From positions 352,001 to 416,000 of the forward strand of contig JANRKS010000007.1 of assembly GCA_033763315.1 (NCBI GenBank): 64,000 nt of DNA. The letters are read 5' to 3'. This document shows positions 27,515-37,957 of the stretch, in pieces; within the stretch, counting starts at the first letter, position 1, and every line of letters begins with the position of its first letter. The notes beneath the pieces were generated by a model. That model searched no databases, was not told the DNA's origin, and saw only the letters and a program-made list of their open reading frames with translations. Both the position numbers and the translations under genes were made by a program. The DNA comes from Deltaproteobacteria bacterium (GTDB lineage Bacteria > Myxococcota_A > Polyangia > Fen-1088).

Positions 27515-28444
27515 TCACATATAGCCGCCGCGGCGCAATTCTTCTAAGCCGTGCTTGCCATCTTGCAACCGTCCCGACCGTTCAGCGATGTTCTTGAGTT
27601 TTCCTGAACGCAACTCAACCAACACTTCTTGCGGGTTACGGGCATTGCTTTCGATCGACGCCTGGCAAGGCTCGCACCCCAGGCTGCGGTAGCGTCGCCC
27701 TGTGCCGCGGTCGTAGTAAAGGCCGACGGTGGGGATGTTCTCGCGCTCGATGTATTCCCACACGTGCGCTTCCGTCCAATCGAGCAGCGGGTGAATGCGC
27801 ACGTGCGTGCCCGGGGCGAAGTCGGTTTTAAATTGGTTCCAAAACTCGGGAGGCTGATCGCCCAGATCCCACGAGTGGTGCTTGTCGCGCGGCGAGAACG
27901 TGCGCTCCTTCGATCGGCTGCCCTCTTCGTCCGCACGCGCACCCACGATGACCCCCGTGTAAGGATCTTTGTCTTCATCAACCACGAAGCTCGCCGTTTC
28001 ATGGTCAAACCGTCGGCGGGTCATTGAGCCATCAAGCGTGTGCTTTAGCGCTTCGCTCTTGAGACGGGAGCAGCAGGCAAAGCGCGTGATTTTGTTTGGA
28101 TCACTGTCTTGCAGATGCATCGTGGCTGGGAACGTGAGCCCCTGCTCGATCGCGGCGTCGTTGCGCCCCACGATCAAGCGCAAGCCCCAATCCTTCGCCA
28201 ACTTATCTCGGTACTCAAGCATTTCCGCCAGCTCATAGCCTTCGTCGATATGCACCAGAGGAAACGGCACGTGCCCGAAGAACGCTTTGCGTGCCAGCCA
28301 CAACATCACTGTGGAGTCTTTGCCGATCGACCACAACATGCACAGCCTATCGAAGTGCCTATAGGCCTCACGCAAGATGTAGACACTTTGCTGTTCCAAG
28401 GCATCAATGCCTTGCGGGCCATAAGCCGCGGCGGCGTTCTCCAT
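27515..28444 (-). CDS. cysD: Sulfate adenylyltransferase subunit 2, orphan paralogue
   Basis: [55 protein letters not shown]; no adjacent cysN. Confidence 0.9.
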   Translation of the reverse strand: MENAAAAYGPQGIDALEQQSVYILREAYRHFDRLCMLWSIGKDSTVMLWLARKAFFGHVPFPLVHIDEGYELAEMLEYRDKLAKDWGLRLIVGRNDAAIEQGLTFPATMHLQDSDPNKITRFACCSRLKSEALKHTLDGSMTRRRFDHETASFVVDEDKDPYTGVIVGARADEEGSRSKERTFSPRDKHHSWDLGDQPPEFWNQFKTDFAPGTHVRIHPLLDWTEAHVWEYIERENIPTVGLYYDRGTGRRYRSLGCEPCQASIESNARNPQEVLVELRSGKLKNIAERSGRLQDGKHGLEELRRGGYM

Positions 28445-28469
28445 ACACGACAGTATTTGCAAACATTCG

Positions 28470-28478
28470 ATTATATCA
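28470..28478 (-). promoter_or_regulatory. Extended -10 promoter in the AT-rich leader of the orphan cysD
   Basis: Minus strand TGaTATAAT inside an unusually AT-rich intergenic stretch (28455-28530). Confidence 0.6.
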
Positions 28479-28543
28479 ACACTTCACATTAATACATCGA
28501 TATTATCTATTACAACCGAAAGCTTTTCCGAAATGCAGGCTGC

Positions 28544-31500
28544 TCATTTCTTGAACCAGTAAAGCAGGATGCCTTTGCCACTCCCGGTAAACACGCCGGC
28601 GTCGCCCACGCCTCCGATTTGGAAGGCCATGAATCTTCCATCTGTGGAGGCCACGGGGTTGGACGCGTGCCAGTTCTTCCACTCGCTAAAGAACGTCAGC
28701 CGCTTCCACACTTGGCCGTCGCCATCAAGCTGCAGCTTGTAGATATCGATCGGCCAACCATTGATTCCAGCGAAAAGATTGCGGTCTATGCTGTGGCGGT
28801 CGCTTTCCACCAGCGTCCAAGGGAAACCCTTTTCGCCGTCACTCACGGCCGGCAAGATGCCTTCCGGCTCATTGTGTACGGTGGGATCATAACTTGCCTC
28901 CTTCACCTTGCCTTTCACTAAGTCAGCCACCATCACAACGGCGCTTTCTTTGCCCTGCGCCGATGTTTTGTAACAGGAGAAGGTGAGCTTGTTGTCCCCG
29001 TCGAAGAAGTCTTGGGCTTCCAGCTTGCACGGAGGATGCACCGATTGGTACACCACCTTCTGGTTTACGATTTTGGCGGTGGCGGCCGTTGAATCGATCT
29101 GCAGTTCGCCCGTAAATAAGCGATAGTTGTCTTTGCCAAGGGCTTTGTTTTGGACGCCGCTTTCTGACCAGGCGAGCTTCATCGTCGTCTTTGAAACCGC
29201 GGCGCCTTCGAACAATTTCACACCAAGGCGCACGGGCCGGCTGCCCGGTTTGCTTGATAGAAACCACAATTGGTTCTCCTCGCCGCGGCCGCGTCCCAGA
29301 TCATCAATGTAGATGTGAGGGGGGCCGATCAGCAGGTAATCGCCCGACCAAAGGTGCATCACGCGCAGGAACGCGGCACCTGGAATGTCACAAGTCAGGC
29401 AACGGATCTGGCGTGTGGCCAGATCGATTTCAAACGCATCACCAAAGCTTTTTCCCATGAAGGCCACCCGCTTGTTGTCGGGCGAAATGGAAGCGCGCTC
29501 GCCAAACGTGGTCAGCTGTTCGATGTGGCTTGGCAAGCTCTGCAAAGGGCTGCCCTCTTTAAGCGCCAAGGGTGATTCAACCGGCGCCGGCGCGGGGGGC
29601 GCGGGCGCTTTGAAATGGTAGTCGCCGCTTGGCACCGAAAACACGGCCACATCCTTCTCCGCGCGCACAAATTTCACACCCTTGGCACGCGCGATCGCCA
29701 CGCCACTTTCAGTGACCGCTTTCGGATCCGACGTTGGCACGAAGACGGTGGCTGTGGCTCCCACGGGGATCAAAACGTCTAACTGGGTTTCACCACGCTC
29801 GACGCGAAAATGCGTACGGATCAAGCCGCGGGCGGATTCGTATTCGCCCTTGGCCCACGGTGTGCCATCCAACCAGCGCGGATGAATCACAATCTTGTCA
29901 AAGCCCACCGCGTCCGGCGCGGGCGCGATGCCGGCCACGCTCTTCCAGAACCACTCGCTGATCGAGCCAAACATCGGGTGGTTGTGTGACCCCACAAGTT
30001 CATCCAAACGCCACGCTTCCCACAATGTGGTCGCGCCCTGGGAAAGCATGTACCCCCAACCGGGGTACGTCTTGCGTGTGGCCACAAGATTGGCGATGTC
30101 GGCGCGGCCGTTGTCGCTCAAAACGCTGAGCAGGTATTTGGTTCCAAAGATTCCCGTCGAAAGGTGGCCGTTGCGCTGCACCACCACGTCATCCACAAGC
30201 GCATCCACCACGGCTTGCCGACGCTTGGGCGGTACCAAATCCATGTACAGCGCATACGTCAAACTCGTTTGGTCGCCCGCGCCAGGCAGGCCCGTTGCTT
30301 TATCAGTGAGGGTCTGCTGTATCGTGCGCTTCACACTGTTAGCCACAACCTCATACTTGCGCTGATCGCCCGCCTTCCCCAGAACGCCCGCCATCCGCGA
30401 CAACAGCGTGGCGCTCCAATAGTAAAACGCGGTGCCGGTGAAGGCCGCAGGCTTGTTGGTCAGCGACTCGTGATCGCTTATGTCATGATCAATCACGCCT
30501 CCGTGCCTATCGGCCACCTTCTTGATGAAATCCACCCAGCGCTTGGCCACGTCATACTGCTCTTCGATCAAACGCCGATCGCCGTAGTATTGATACAGGT
30601 GCCACACCACCACCGGGTGGGCGCTGCCCCAGCCGATCGCAGACACCCCGCGTTCGCCATCGCCGCCGATGCCCACGTAGGGAGCCGTGGTGGGCAAAGC
30701 TCCGTTCGCAAATTGCCCGTCTTCCAGATCACGCGCGGATTTTGCGTAGAACTGGCTCATATCGTAGTTGAGCATTGCCATTTCAGACGCCGTGATGATG
30801 TCGCCGCCGTAACCCAAGCGCTCGCGGTGCGGGCAGTCTGATTCAACGCTAAAGATGTTGGAAAGCAACGTCCACTGCGTGACGTTGTGAATGCGGTTGA
30901 ATAGTTCATTGCCGCTGTCAAACCGTCCTGCGGGCGTCACATCGCTGTTCAGACGTAAGCCTTCGATCGCCTCCAACGTGGGCTTTCCGGGATACCCTTC
31001 GATCGCAACGTATCGAAAGCCGTGCCACGTAAACCGCGGCGTATACGTCTCAACAGCCCCTGTGCCTTTGAGCAGGACCACATCCATCTGCCACGCTGTC
31101 TTCGGAGCCTTTTCGTCTTCGGGCCTATAGCCCACCACATCCAACTCTTGCTTCCACTGCTTGATCATGGTGGACGTGCTGGTGGTTCCATTGGGTGTGC
31201 CATCGGGGTAAAGCAGCTCGGCGTAGCGCAATGAAATGCGCGTGCCGGCGGCGCCTTTCGCTTTCAACGTGACCCAACCCGCAAAGTTCTGGCCCATGTC
31301 CACCACAAACAACCCCGGCTTGGGTTCGGTGATGGCCACGGGTTTCACTGTACGCGTCACGCGAATCGGCGGCTGCGCTTGCGCTTGCAATGGCCCCACA
31401 GCGGTCGTCGCCAGCTTCGCGGCGGGCCATGCGCGATCATCAAAGCCAGGCTTGTCCCAGCCTTCTGGATGCTTGCGCGCGTCGAAGTATTCGCCGAGGT

Positions 31501-32428
31501 AGACATCGTTTCGCAGCAAACCTGAAGCTCCCACCTTCCAAGAAGCGTCGGTGCCGATCGTCTCGCGCGTGCCGTCGGTGTATTGCACCTCCAGCTGCAT
31601 GATCACGCGGGGTTCGCCGTGCGCGAGCGTTTGGTCGAAATGGAAGTGGTTAAAAAAGTCTTGCGGTTGCAAGTTCCACCACCCGTTGCCCACGAACGCG
31701 CCTAAGGTGTTCGGGCCTTGCTTCAGCAACGGCGTCACATCGTGCGTGGCATAAAGCACGCGTTTGGCATAAGCGGTCCACCCTGGATCAAGCACGTGAT
31801 CTCCCACGCGCACGCCATTGCACGAGGCCTCGAGGTAACCCAAACCCGCGGCATAAAGGCGCGCTTTGGACACAGGCTTTGCGAGCGTGAAGGTTTTGCG
31901 AAACAGCGGCGCGGGGCGGAGCTTCCAGCGCTCTTGCACCGTCAACGGTTGCGCAGTCGCGTTGTCGATCCACACCGCCTTCCAATCCTTGGCATCAAGG
32001 AGACCAACTTCAAACCAAGACGGCTCCGACCACGCCGAGGCCCCGTCCGCACGGTTCCACACCTTTACTTTCCAATGCACGCGTTGGCCCGGTCGCAAGG
32101 CAGCGCCACGCCACGGCACCTGGATCGAACTCGCACCGCGCACTTTGCCGGAATCCCACAGTTCGCCGTTGCCGGTGGCCAAGCCTTCTGGGGACGCGCT
32201 CGCCAGCACCCGGTAAGCGCTTTGCCCATCGCCCCGTTCGTTCGCTAAGGCATGCACATTCCACGAAAGCCTCGGCGCACGCTCGTCCAGGCCCAAAGGT
32301 TGCACCCTGTTCTCTGTGCGAAGGCGGTCCACAGTAAGCGGCGCCGCCGTAGCGAATAAGCAGATACCGGTGAGAAACGTGAACGCGCAAACGCCCACAT
32401 ACAAAGGAGGAAAGCGAAACAACCTCAT
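28544..32428 (-). CDS. Secreted GH78 alpha-L-rhamnosidase fused to a C-terminal TolB/WD40-like beta-propeller
   Basis: PRLSW, LWDSGKV, PLFRKTF, DMGQNFAGW, FTWHGFRY, DCPHRERLGYGGD, GIFGTK, GATTLWEAW, SHNHPMFG; after an APAPPAP linker, GERASISPDNKRVAF...SNPVASTDGRFMAFQ. Confidence 0.9.
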   Translation of the reverse strand: MRLFRFPPLYVGVCAFTFLTGICLFATAAPLTVDRLRTENRVQPLGLDERAPRLSWNVHALANERGDGQSAYRVLASASPEGLATGNGELWDSGKVRGASSIQVPWRGAALRPGQRVHWKVKVWNRADGASAWSEPSWFEVGLLDAKDWKAVWIDNATAQPLTVQERWKLRPAPLFRKTFTLAKPVSKARLYAAGLGYLEASCNGVRVGDHVLDPGWTAYAKRVLYATHDVTPLLKQGPNTLGAFVGNGWWNLQPQDFFNHFHFDQTLAHGEPRVIMQLEVQYTDGTRETIGTDASWKVGASGLLRNDVYLGEYFDARKHPEGWDKPGFDDRAWPAAKLATTAVGPLQAQAQPPIRVTRTVKPVAITEPKPGLFVVDMGQNFAGWVTLKAKGAAGTRISLRYAELLYPDGTPNGTTSTSTMIKQWKQELDVVGYRPEDEKAPKTAWQMDVVLLKGTGAVETYTPRFTWHGFRYVAIEGYPGKPTLEAIEGLRLNSDVTPAGRFDSGNELFNRIHNVTQWTLLSNIFSVESDCPHRERLGYGGDIITASEMAMLNYDMSQFYAKSARDLEDGQFANGALPTTAPYVGIGGDGERGVSAIGWGSAHPVVVWHLYQYYGDRRLIEEQYDVAKRWVDFIKKVADRHGGVIDHDISDHESLTNKPAAFTGTAFYYWSATLLSRMAGVLGKAGDQRKYEVVANSVKRTIQQTLTDKATGLPGAGDQTSLTYALYMDLVPPKRRQAVVDALVDDVVVQRNGHLSTGIFGTKYLLSVLSDNGRADIANLVATRKTYPGWGYMLSQGATTLWEAWRLDELVGSHNHPMFGSISEWFWKSVAGIAPAPDAVGFDKIVIHPRWLDGTPWAKGEYESARGLIRTHFRVERGETQLDVLIPVGATATVFVPTSDPKAVTESGVAIARAKGVKFVRAEKDVAVFSVPSGDYHFKAPAPPAPAPVESPLALKEGSPLQSLPSHIEQLTTFGERASISPDNKRVAFMGKSFGDAFEIDLATRQIRCLTCDIPGAAFLRVMHLWSGDYLLIGPPHIYIDDLGRGRGEENQLWFLSSKPGSRPVRLGVKLFEGAAVSKTTMKLAWSESGVQNKALGKDNYRLFTGELQIDSTAATAKIVNQKVVYQSVHPPCKLEAQDFFDGDNKLTFSCYKTSAQGKESAVVMVADLVKGKVKEASYDPTVHNEPEGILPAVSDGEKGFPWTLVESDRHSIDRNLFAGINGWPIDIYKLQLDGDGQVWKRLTFFSEWKNWHASNPVASTDGRFMAFQIGGVGDAGVFTGSGKGILLYWFKK

Positions 32429-32626
32429 GCTGCGCGCATGGATACACCCCTTGGTCATCCACAAGCAATCACAGGTGCCATTGCGGGCAACCTCCCAACC
32501 ATGTAGGTGTACTTCGTGGTAACGGGGGTCACTTGCTGCGCGGACTCGCGATCTTTGCAGCGTCTCACGCAACGCGCTGATGTCGCAGCGGCGGTGGTTC
32601 GCGTGCGGGCTTTGGCTGTGCCTTCA

Positions 32627-33115
32627 ATGTTCCCGGCCCCTTTGCTGCAAGCCATGTCTGCTCTGCCCTTCTCGGTGGCGTGCGTGGTGGCGGCCCCCGA
32701 AGCCATACCCGCTTCTGCGGCCGCTCCCGATTTGGGCGATACCCTGGTGATCGTTAACGGCCAGGTGATGGGCACCATCCCCAGCGAAACCGCTGACGTG
32801 GTTGCGGCCGTGTTTGGTGTTTTGCGGGTCAGCCTTAGCCCCTGGCTGGGCCAAGCGAAGCAAGGCGACCTCAACGACTGGGCCAGCCAAGCGTACGACG
32901 ACGATCCCTTCGAGGTGCTCGGGGTGTCGCCCGCCGATCCTTTTGAGAAGGTGCGGGCCGCCTGGCGCGCCCGGTTGGCCGAATATCATCCCGACAAATA
33001 CGCGCAAGCCGGCGCCAAGATACGGGCCGTGGCCGCCGATGAAAGCCAACGCCTCAACGCCGCCTTTGCTCGCATCGCAGCCCAACGCGGCGCCCGACCG
33101 CTGCCCAAAGTCTGA
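32627..33115 (+). CDS. C-terminal J-domain protein (DjlA-type J domain)
   Basis: DPFEVLGV, VRAAWR..LAEYHPDK, LNAAF; start uncertain. Confidence 0.8.
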   Translation: MFPAPLLQAMSALPFSVACVVAAPEAIPASAAAPDLGDTLVIVNGQVMGTIPSETADVVAAVFGVLRVSLSPWLGQAKQGDLNDWASQAYDDDPFEVLGVSPADPFEKVRAAWRARLAEYHPDKYAQAGAKIRAVAADESQRLNAAFARIAAQRGARPLPKV

Positions 33116-33165
33116 CCGCCACAGGTTGGCCCGTTTGGTCGGCGTCGGCTATAACGGCGCAGCTC

Positions 33166-34545
33166 ATGTCCACCTTGGTGCAACTCCGCCGTCCCGGTCA
33201 GACGCCTCCCACGGATAGTGACGCGCCGTTTGCGGCCGATCGCTTGGCTTATGTGGAAACGTATGGCTGCCAAATGAACGTGGCGGACACCGAGATGGTG
33301 CTCGGCATGTTGGCCGGCGCTGGTTATGGGCGCACCACCGATCCCGCGCGCGCCGACATCATTTTGTTAAATACGTGCGCCGTGCGCGAGAAGGCTGAAG
33401 ATCGCATCTATGGCCGCGTCAACGCCCTGGCCCACCTCAAGAAAAAGAAGAACGTTGTGTTGGGCGTCACGGGCTGCATGGCCGAGCACCTCAAAGGCAA
33501 ACTGCATGAGCGCGCGCCGGCCGTGGATCTCGTGATTGGCCCCGATGCCTACCGACGTTTGCTTGATCACGTCGAGCGCGCGCGCCTGGGTGAATCCGTG
33601 CAAGACACGGTTCTGGATCGTCACGAAACGTACGAAGGCATGGATCCAGACCGCCAGATGACTGGCGGGGTCACGGGTCACATCACCATCCAACGTGGTT
33701 GCGATAAGTTCTGCACCTTCTGCATCGTGCCCTACACGCGCGGCCGTGAACGCGGCGCCGCGCCCCGTGAGATCTTGCGGCAAGCGCAAGCGATGGCGGC
33801 CGCCGGATACAAAGAAATCCAACTCCTAGGGCAAACCGTTAATTCCTATCGCTATGAGGACGTAACGTTCGCCGACCTTCTGCGTGCCGTGGCGAAGGTG
33901 GAGGGCATTGAACGCATTCGCTTCACTTCGCCTTACCCGCTCGATTTCTCGGACGACGTGATCGCGGCGATGGCCGAAACCGATAAGGTGTGCAATCACG
34001 TGCATCTGCCGTTGCAATCGGGTTCCAACACAATGCTGGAACGCATGCGGCGGGGCTATACGTATGAAACGTTTGTCACGCTGGTCAGCAAGCTGCGGGC
34101 CGCAATGCCAAACATCGGCATCAGCACTGATCTCATGGTGGGCTTTTGCGACGAAACCGAAGAAGAGTTTGCCGCCACGATGAACGCCGTCAAAGAGCTG
34201 CGTTTCGACAACGCCTTCATGTTTGCCTATTCGGAACGCGAAGGGACAGTGGCCGCGCGCAAGATGCCTGATACTGTGCCCGAGCCCGTCAAGCAACAGC
34301 GGTTGTCTGAGCTGATTGCCGTGCAGCGGGCCATCAACGCGCAGGTAAGCCACGCCATGGTCGGCACCCGTCAGCGCGTGTTGGTGGAAGCCGTATCGAA
34401 GCGATCGAGCGAGGAATTTTTGGCGCGCACCGAGAACTTTCAATCCGTGATCATTCCTGCTGCCGGCTTGGCGTTGGGCGACCTCGTCACCGTTGATATC
34501 ACCGGCACCACCAGCGCCACGTTGATGGGTGCCCTTTGCCCATGA
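33166..34545 (+). CDS. miaB: tRNA-2-methylthio-N6-dimethylallyladenosine synthase
   Basis: ETYGCQMN, LNTCAVREKAE, GCMAE, radical-SAM CDKFCTFC, HLPLQSGS, C-terminal TRAM domain. Confidence 0.96.
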   Translation: MSTLVQLRRPGQTPPTDSDAPFAADRLAYVETYGCQMNVADTEMVLGMLAGAGYGRTTDPARADIILLNTCAVREKAEDRIYGRVNALAHLKKKKNVVLGVTGCMAEHLKGKLHERAPAVDLVIGPDAYRRLLDHVERARLGESVQDTVLDRHETYEGMDPDRQMTGGVTGHITIQRGCDKFCTFCIVPYTRGRERGAAPREILRQAQAMAAAGYKEIQLLGQTVNSYRYEDVTFADLLRAVAKVEGIERIRFTSPYPLDFSDDVIAAMAETDKVCNHVHLPLQSGSNTMLERMRRGYTYETFVTLVSKLRAAMPNIGISTDLMVGFCDETEEEFAATMNAVKELRFDNAFMFAYSEREGTVAARKMPDTVPEPVKQQRLSELIAVQRAINAQVSHAMVGTRQRVLVEAVSKRSSEEFLARTENFQSVIIPAAGLALGDLVTVDITGTTSATLMGALCP

Positions 34546-35045
34546 AGACCACCCGCATTCTGTTCGTGTGTTTGGGCAACATCTGCCGCTCACCCACGGC
34601 CTTGGCCGTCATGCGCCACCTTGTGAAGGAGCGCGGCCTCGAAGCGGTGGTCCACACCGACAGCGCCGGCACAGGTGGCTGGCACGCCGGCAACCCACCT
34701 GACGCCCGCAGCGCGGCCGTGGGTGCCAAGCGAGGCATTCCGTTGACCGGTGTGGCCCGTCAAGTCACCGTTAGGGACTTCGAATCCTTCGATTATTTGA
34801 TTGCCATGGATAGATCGAACCGAGAGGATCTGTGGGCCCTGGCGCCCACGCCAGCCGCGCGCGCGAAAGTCCATCTTCTGCGCGACTTTGCGCCCGCCGG
34901 TCCCAAGCACGCCGATGTGCCTGATCCTTATTACGGTGGCCCGGCAGGCTTTGATCAGGTGTTCGACATTTGCTTACAAGCGTGCGACGGCCTGCTGACT
35001 TCTGTCATCCAATCGCTGCCTCAGGCCCCCAGCCAAACCCCTTAA
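34542..35045 (+). CDS. Low-molecular-weight protein-tyrosine phosphatase
   Basis: [23 protein letters not shown]; ATGA overlap with miaB. Confidence 0.95.
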   Translation: MKTTRILFVCLGNICRSPTALAVMRHLVKERGLEAVVHTDSAGTGGWHAGNPPDARSAAVGAKRGIPLTGVARQVTVRDFESFDYLIAMDRSNREDLWALAPTPAARAKVHLLRDFAPAGPKHADVPDPYYGGPAGFDQVFDICLQACDGLLTSVIQSLPQAPSQTP

Positions 35046-35167
35046 AAACCGCCCTTTTGCGGCGCCGCGCGTGTCGTTGCACAGCTGGTCGCCTTTCCCA
35101 AAGCTTGTGTCATACTCACGCGCCCCCGGGGCCTGGGGTGCACCGGCTAAACCCAGAAAAACACATC

Positions 35168-36070
35168 ATGGACCATCTGGATCAACTGGAACAACAAAGC
35201 GTTTACATCCTGCGCGAAGCCTACAAGCACTTCGAGCGGCTGTGCATGTTGTGGTCCATTGGCAAAGACTCCACGGTGCTGCTGTGGTTGGCGCGTAAAG
35301 CGTTCTTTGGCCACGTGCCCTTTCCCTTGGTGCACATCGATACCAGCTTCAAGCTGCCCGAAATGATCCAGTACCGCGATCGCCTGGCGCTTGAGTACAA
35401 GCTCCAAATGGTGGTGGGTCAGAACAAAGAAGCCCTTGCGGCAAAGACGACCTACCCCGACACGCAACACCTGCCCGATGGCGATCCCAATAAGGTCACC
35501 CGCGTGCAGTGCTGCGCTCAACTGAAAAGCGGCGCCCTGCGCGGCACCTTGCATGGCACCTTGCCACGCATGCGCATGAACCTTAAGACGGGCCAGTACG
35601 ATCCTGATCCCGATACGGAGCCCTACACGGGCGTCATCGTGGGTGCGCGCGCCGACGAAGAAGGCAGCCGCTCGAAAGAACGCTACTTCTCACCACGCGA
35701 CAAAAACAACGCTTGGGATGTGGGCGATCAACCCCCCGAGTTCTGGAACCAATTCAAGACTGACTTTGCCGCAGGCACGCACGTGCGCATCCACCCGCTG
35801 TTGGATTGGACCGAGCTCAACATCTGGGAGTACATCCAACGCGAAAGCATCCCCACCGTTTCGCTTTACTACGATCAGGGCAGCGGCACACGGTACCGCA
35901 GCTTAGGGTGCGGCCCATGCCAGGCCCCCATCGATAGCACAGCGAAAAACGTCGAGGACATTTTGGTTGAGCTCAAGAGCGGCAAGCTGCGCAATGTGGC
36001 TGAACGCGCCGGGCGGCTGCAAGACGGCAAGCACGGCCTCGAAGAGCTGCGCCGCGATGGGTACATGTAG
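35168..36070 (+). CDS. cysD: Sulfate adenylyltransferase subunit 2
   Basis: [49 protein letters not shown]; directly upstream of cysN. Confidence 0.95.
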   Translation: MDHLDQLEQQSVYILREAYKHFERLCMLWSIGKDSTVLLWLARKAFFGHVPFPLVHIDTSFKLPEMIQYRDRLALEYKLQMVVGQNKEALAAKTTYPDTQHLPDGDPNKVTRVQCCAQLKSGALRGTLHGTLPRMRMNLKTGQYDPDPDTEPYTGVIVGARADEEGSRSKERYFSPRDKNNAWDVGDQPPEFWNQFKTDFAAGTHVRIHPLLDWTELNIWEYIQRESIPTVSLYYDQGSGTRYRSLGCGPCQAPIDSTAKNVEDILVELKSGKLRNVAERAGRLQDGKHGLEELRRDGYM

Positions 36071-36120
36071 CCCCAACCTCTTTCTTCCGACTCGAACAGC
36101 TAGCTGACCGGCAGGATCCT

Positions 36121-37926
36121 GTGAACTTCACCGACGATTCAAAGCGCGAACAATATCAAATAGTCATCGTCGGACACGTCGACCACGGCAAAAGCACCCT
36201 CGTTGGTCGATTGTTGGCCGATACAAATTCATTGCCCGACGGCAAGCTTGAGGCTGTGCGGCGCGAGTGTTTGCGCACCGACAAGCCCTTTGAATATGCG
36301 TTTTTGCTGGACGCGCTTTCCGACGAGCAAGATCAAGGCATCACAATCGATACGGCGCGCGTGTTTTTCAAAACACAAGCGCGCGATTACATCATCATCG
36401 ATGCGCCAGGCCACATCGAGTTCCTCAAGAACATGATTTCAGGGGCGGCACGCGCGGAAGCGGCCGTGCTTGTGATCGACGCCAAAGAAGGCGTGCGTGA
36501 GAACAGCCGCCGCCACGGCTACATCTTGTCCATGTTGGGCATCCGCCAAGTGGTGGTGTGCGTGAACAAGATGGATCTGGTGAACTTCGACGCCAAGGTG
36601 TTCAACCAGATCGAAACCGAATACCGCGCCTTTTTAGGCGAAATCGGGGCGGTGTCGCCCGAACGCTTCATTCCCATCTCAGGCATGCAAGGCGATAACC
36701 TCGCCACCCGCAGCGCCAAGATGCCCTGGTACGACGGCCCCATCTTGCTGGAGATGTTGGACAACTTCCAGAAGGCGCCGCCCAAGGTTGACCGACCGAT
36801 GCGCATGCCGGTGCAGGCCGTTTATAAGTTCACAAACCAAGGCGACGATCGCCGCATCATCTCAGGCCGCATCGACGCAGGCCGCGTGAAGGTGGGCGAT
36901 AAGGTGGTGTTCACACCATCCAATAAAACCGCGCACATCAAGAGCATCGAAGGCTTCAACACGGCCCCGCGCACGGAGATCGAAGCGGGCTGGTCAACGG
37001 GATTCACGCTTACCGAAGAGCTCTACATCACGCGCGGCCAGTTGATGAGCCATGTCGAGCGCGCCCCGCTTGTGAGCACACGCTTGCGCGCGAACGTGAT
37101 TTGGCTCGGCCACAAGCCCTTCGATCCGCAGCGTGACTACAAACTCAAGCTGCACACGGCGGCCGTGCCGGTGCGCATTCACAAGATCAATAAGGTCATC
37201 GACGCCTCGGAAGCGCACAGCCAATTGGCGAAGGAGCGCGTGGATCGCCACGATGTGGCTGATCTTGTGCTTGAAACGCAAACCCCCGTCGCGTTCGATA
37301 CGGTTGGCGACAATGAAGCCACGGGCCGTTTCGTCATCGTCGATGGCTACGAGATTGCGGGCGGTGGCATCATCGTTTCGGCCGAGGAAGAGGAGCGCGA
37401 TGAATTGCGCTTCGAGGCGCGTATGCGCGATTTTCACTGGGTGCAGGGCGGTGTCAGCGCCAACCAACGCGCTCAACGCCACGGCCACCGGGCAGGCTTG
37501 GTGATGTTTGTGGGTGGGGCGGAAGCGCCGAAGCATCAATACGCCCGCGCGCTTGAAAAGGCCTTGTTCGACGGCGGCCGCAACGCCTATATGCTCGATG
37601 GCACCAACATCTTGTTGGGCATCGACGCTGACTTGCACTTCGTGGACGCCACGCAACGCGAGTTGGTGCGCCGCTTTACTGAAGTGGCCTTCCTGCTGCT
37701 GGACGCAGGCACGCTGGTGATCTCCACAACGAACGCGATCGGCTTGGCCGATTACGGCGACGTGCAAGCGTTGCTGGGCGACGCCACCACGATCATCATC
37801 GACGTGGATCCCGATGGCAAGAGCACGGCGCCGTGCGATCTGCGCATCCAGGGCAACGAGCCCGAAGCTGAGGTTATCGCCAAAGTCGTGGACCTTCTTG
37901 GCAAGCGTCAAATCACGCAAGTCTGA
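36121..37926 (+). CDS. cysN: Sulfate adenylyltransferase subunit 1 (GTPase) with degenerate C-terminal APS-kinase domain
   Basis: [24 protein letters not shown]; the tail has CysC-like ARALEKAL...YMLDG but no P-loop. Confidence 0.93.
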   Translation: MNFTDDSKREQYQIVIVGHVDHGKSTLVGRLLADTNSLPDGKLEAVRRECLRTDKPFEYAFLLDALSDEQDQGITIDTARVFFKTQARDYIIIDAPGHIEFLKNMISGAARAEAAVLVIDAKEGVRENSRRHGYILSMLGIRQVVVCVNKMDLVNFDAKVFNQIETEYRAFLGEIGAVSPERFIPISGMQGDNLATRSAKMPWYDGPILLEMLDNFQKAPPKVDRPMRMPVQAVYKFTNQGDDRRIISGRIDAGRVKVGDKVVFTPSNKTAHIKSIEGFNTAPRTEIEAGWSTGFTLTEELYITRGQLMSHVERAPLVSTRLRANVIWLGHKPFDPQRDYKLKLHTAAVPVRIHKINKVIDASEAHSQLAKERVDRHDVADLVLETQTPVAFDTVGDNEATGRFVIVDGYEIAGGGIIVSAEEEERDELRFEARMRDFHWVQGGVSANQRAQRHGHRAGLVMFVGGAEAPKHQYARALEKALFDGGRNAYMLDGTNILLGIDADLHFVDATQRELVRRFTEVAFLLLDAGTLVISTTNAIGLADYGDVQALLGDATTIIIDVDPDGKSTAPCDLRIQGNEPEAEVIAKVVDLLGKRQITQV

Positions 37927-37957
37927 GCCGGCGCTCACACGGGCGTTCAGCTACCAG

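Noticed and set aside
32464-32480. Sigma-54 promoter for the rhamnosidase (minus strand TGGCACCTGTGATTGCT)
   Set aside because: Good half-sites, but GG-to-GC spacing is 11 nt rather than the required 10.
27515-36070. Invertible segment or composite transposon bounded by the inverted cysD copies
   Set aside because: The copies differ at many synonymous sites, and there is no recombinase, transposase or terminal inverted repeat.
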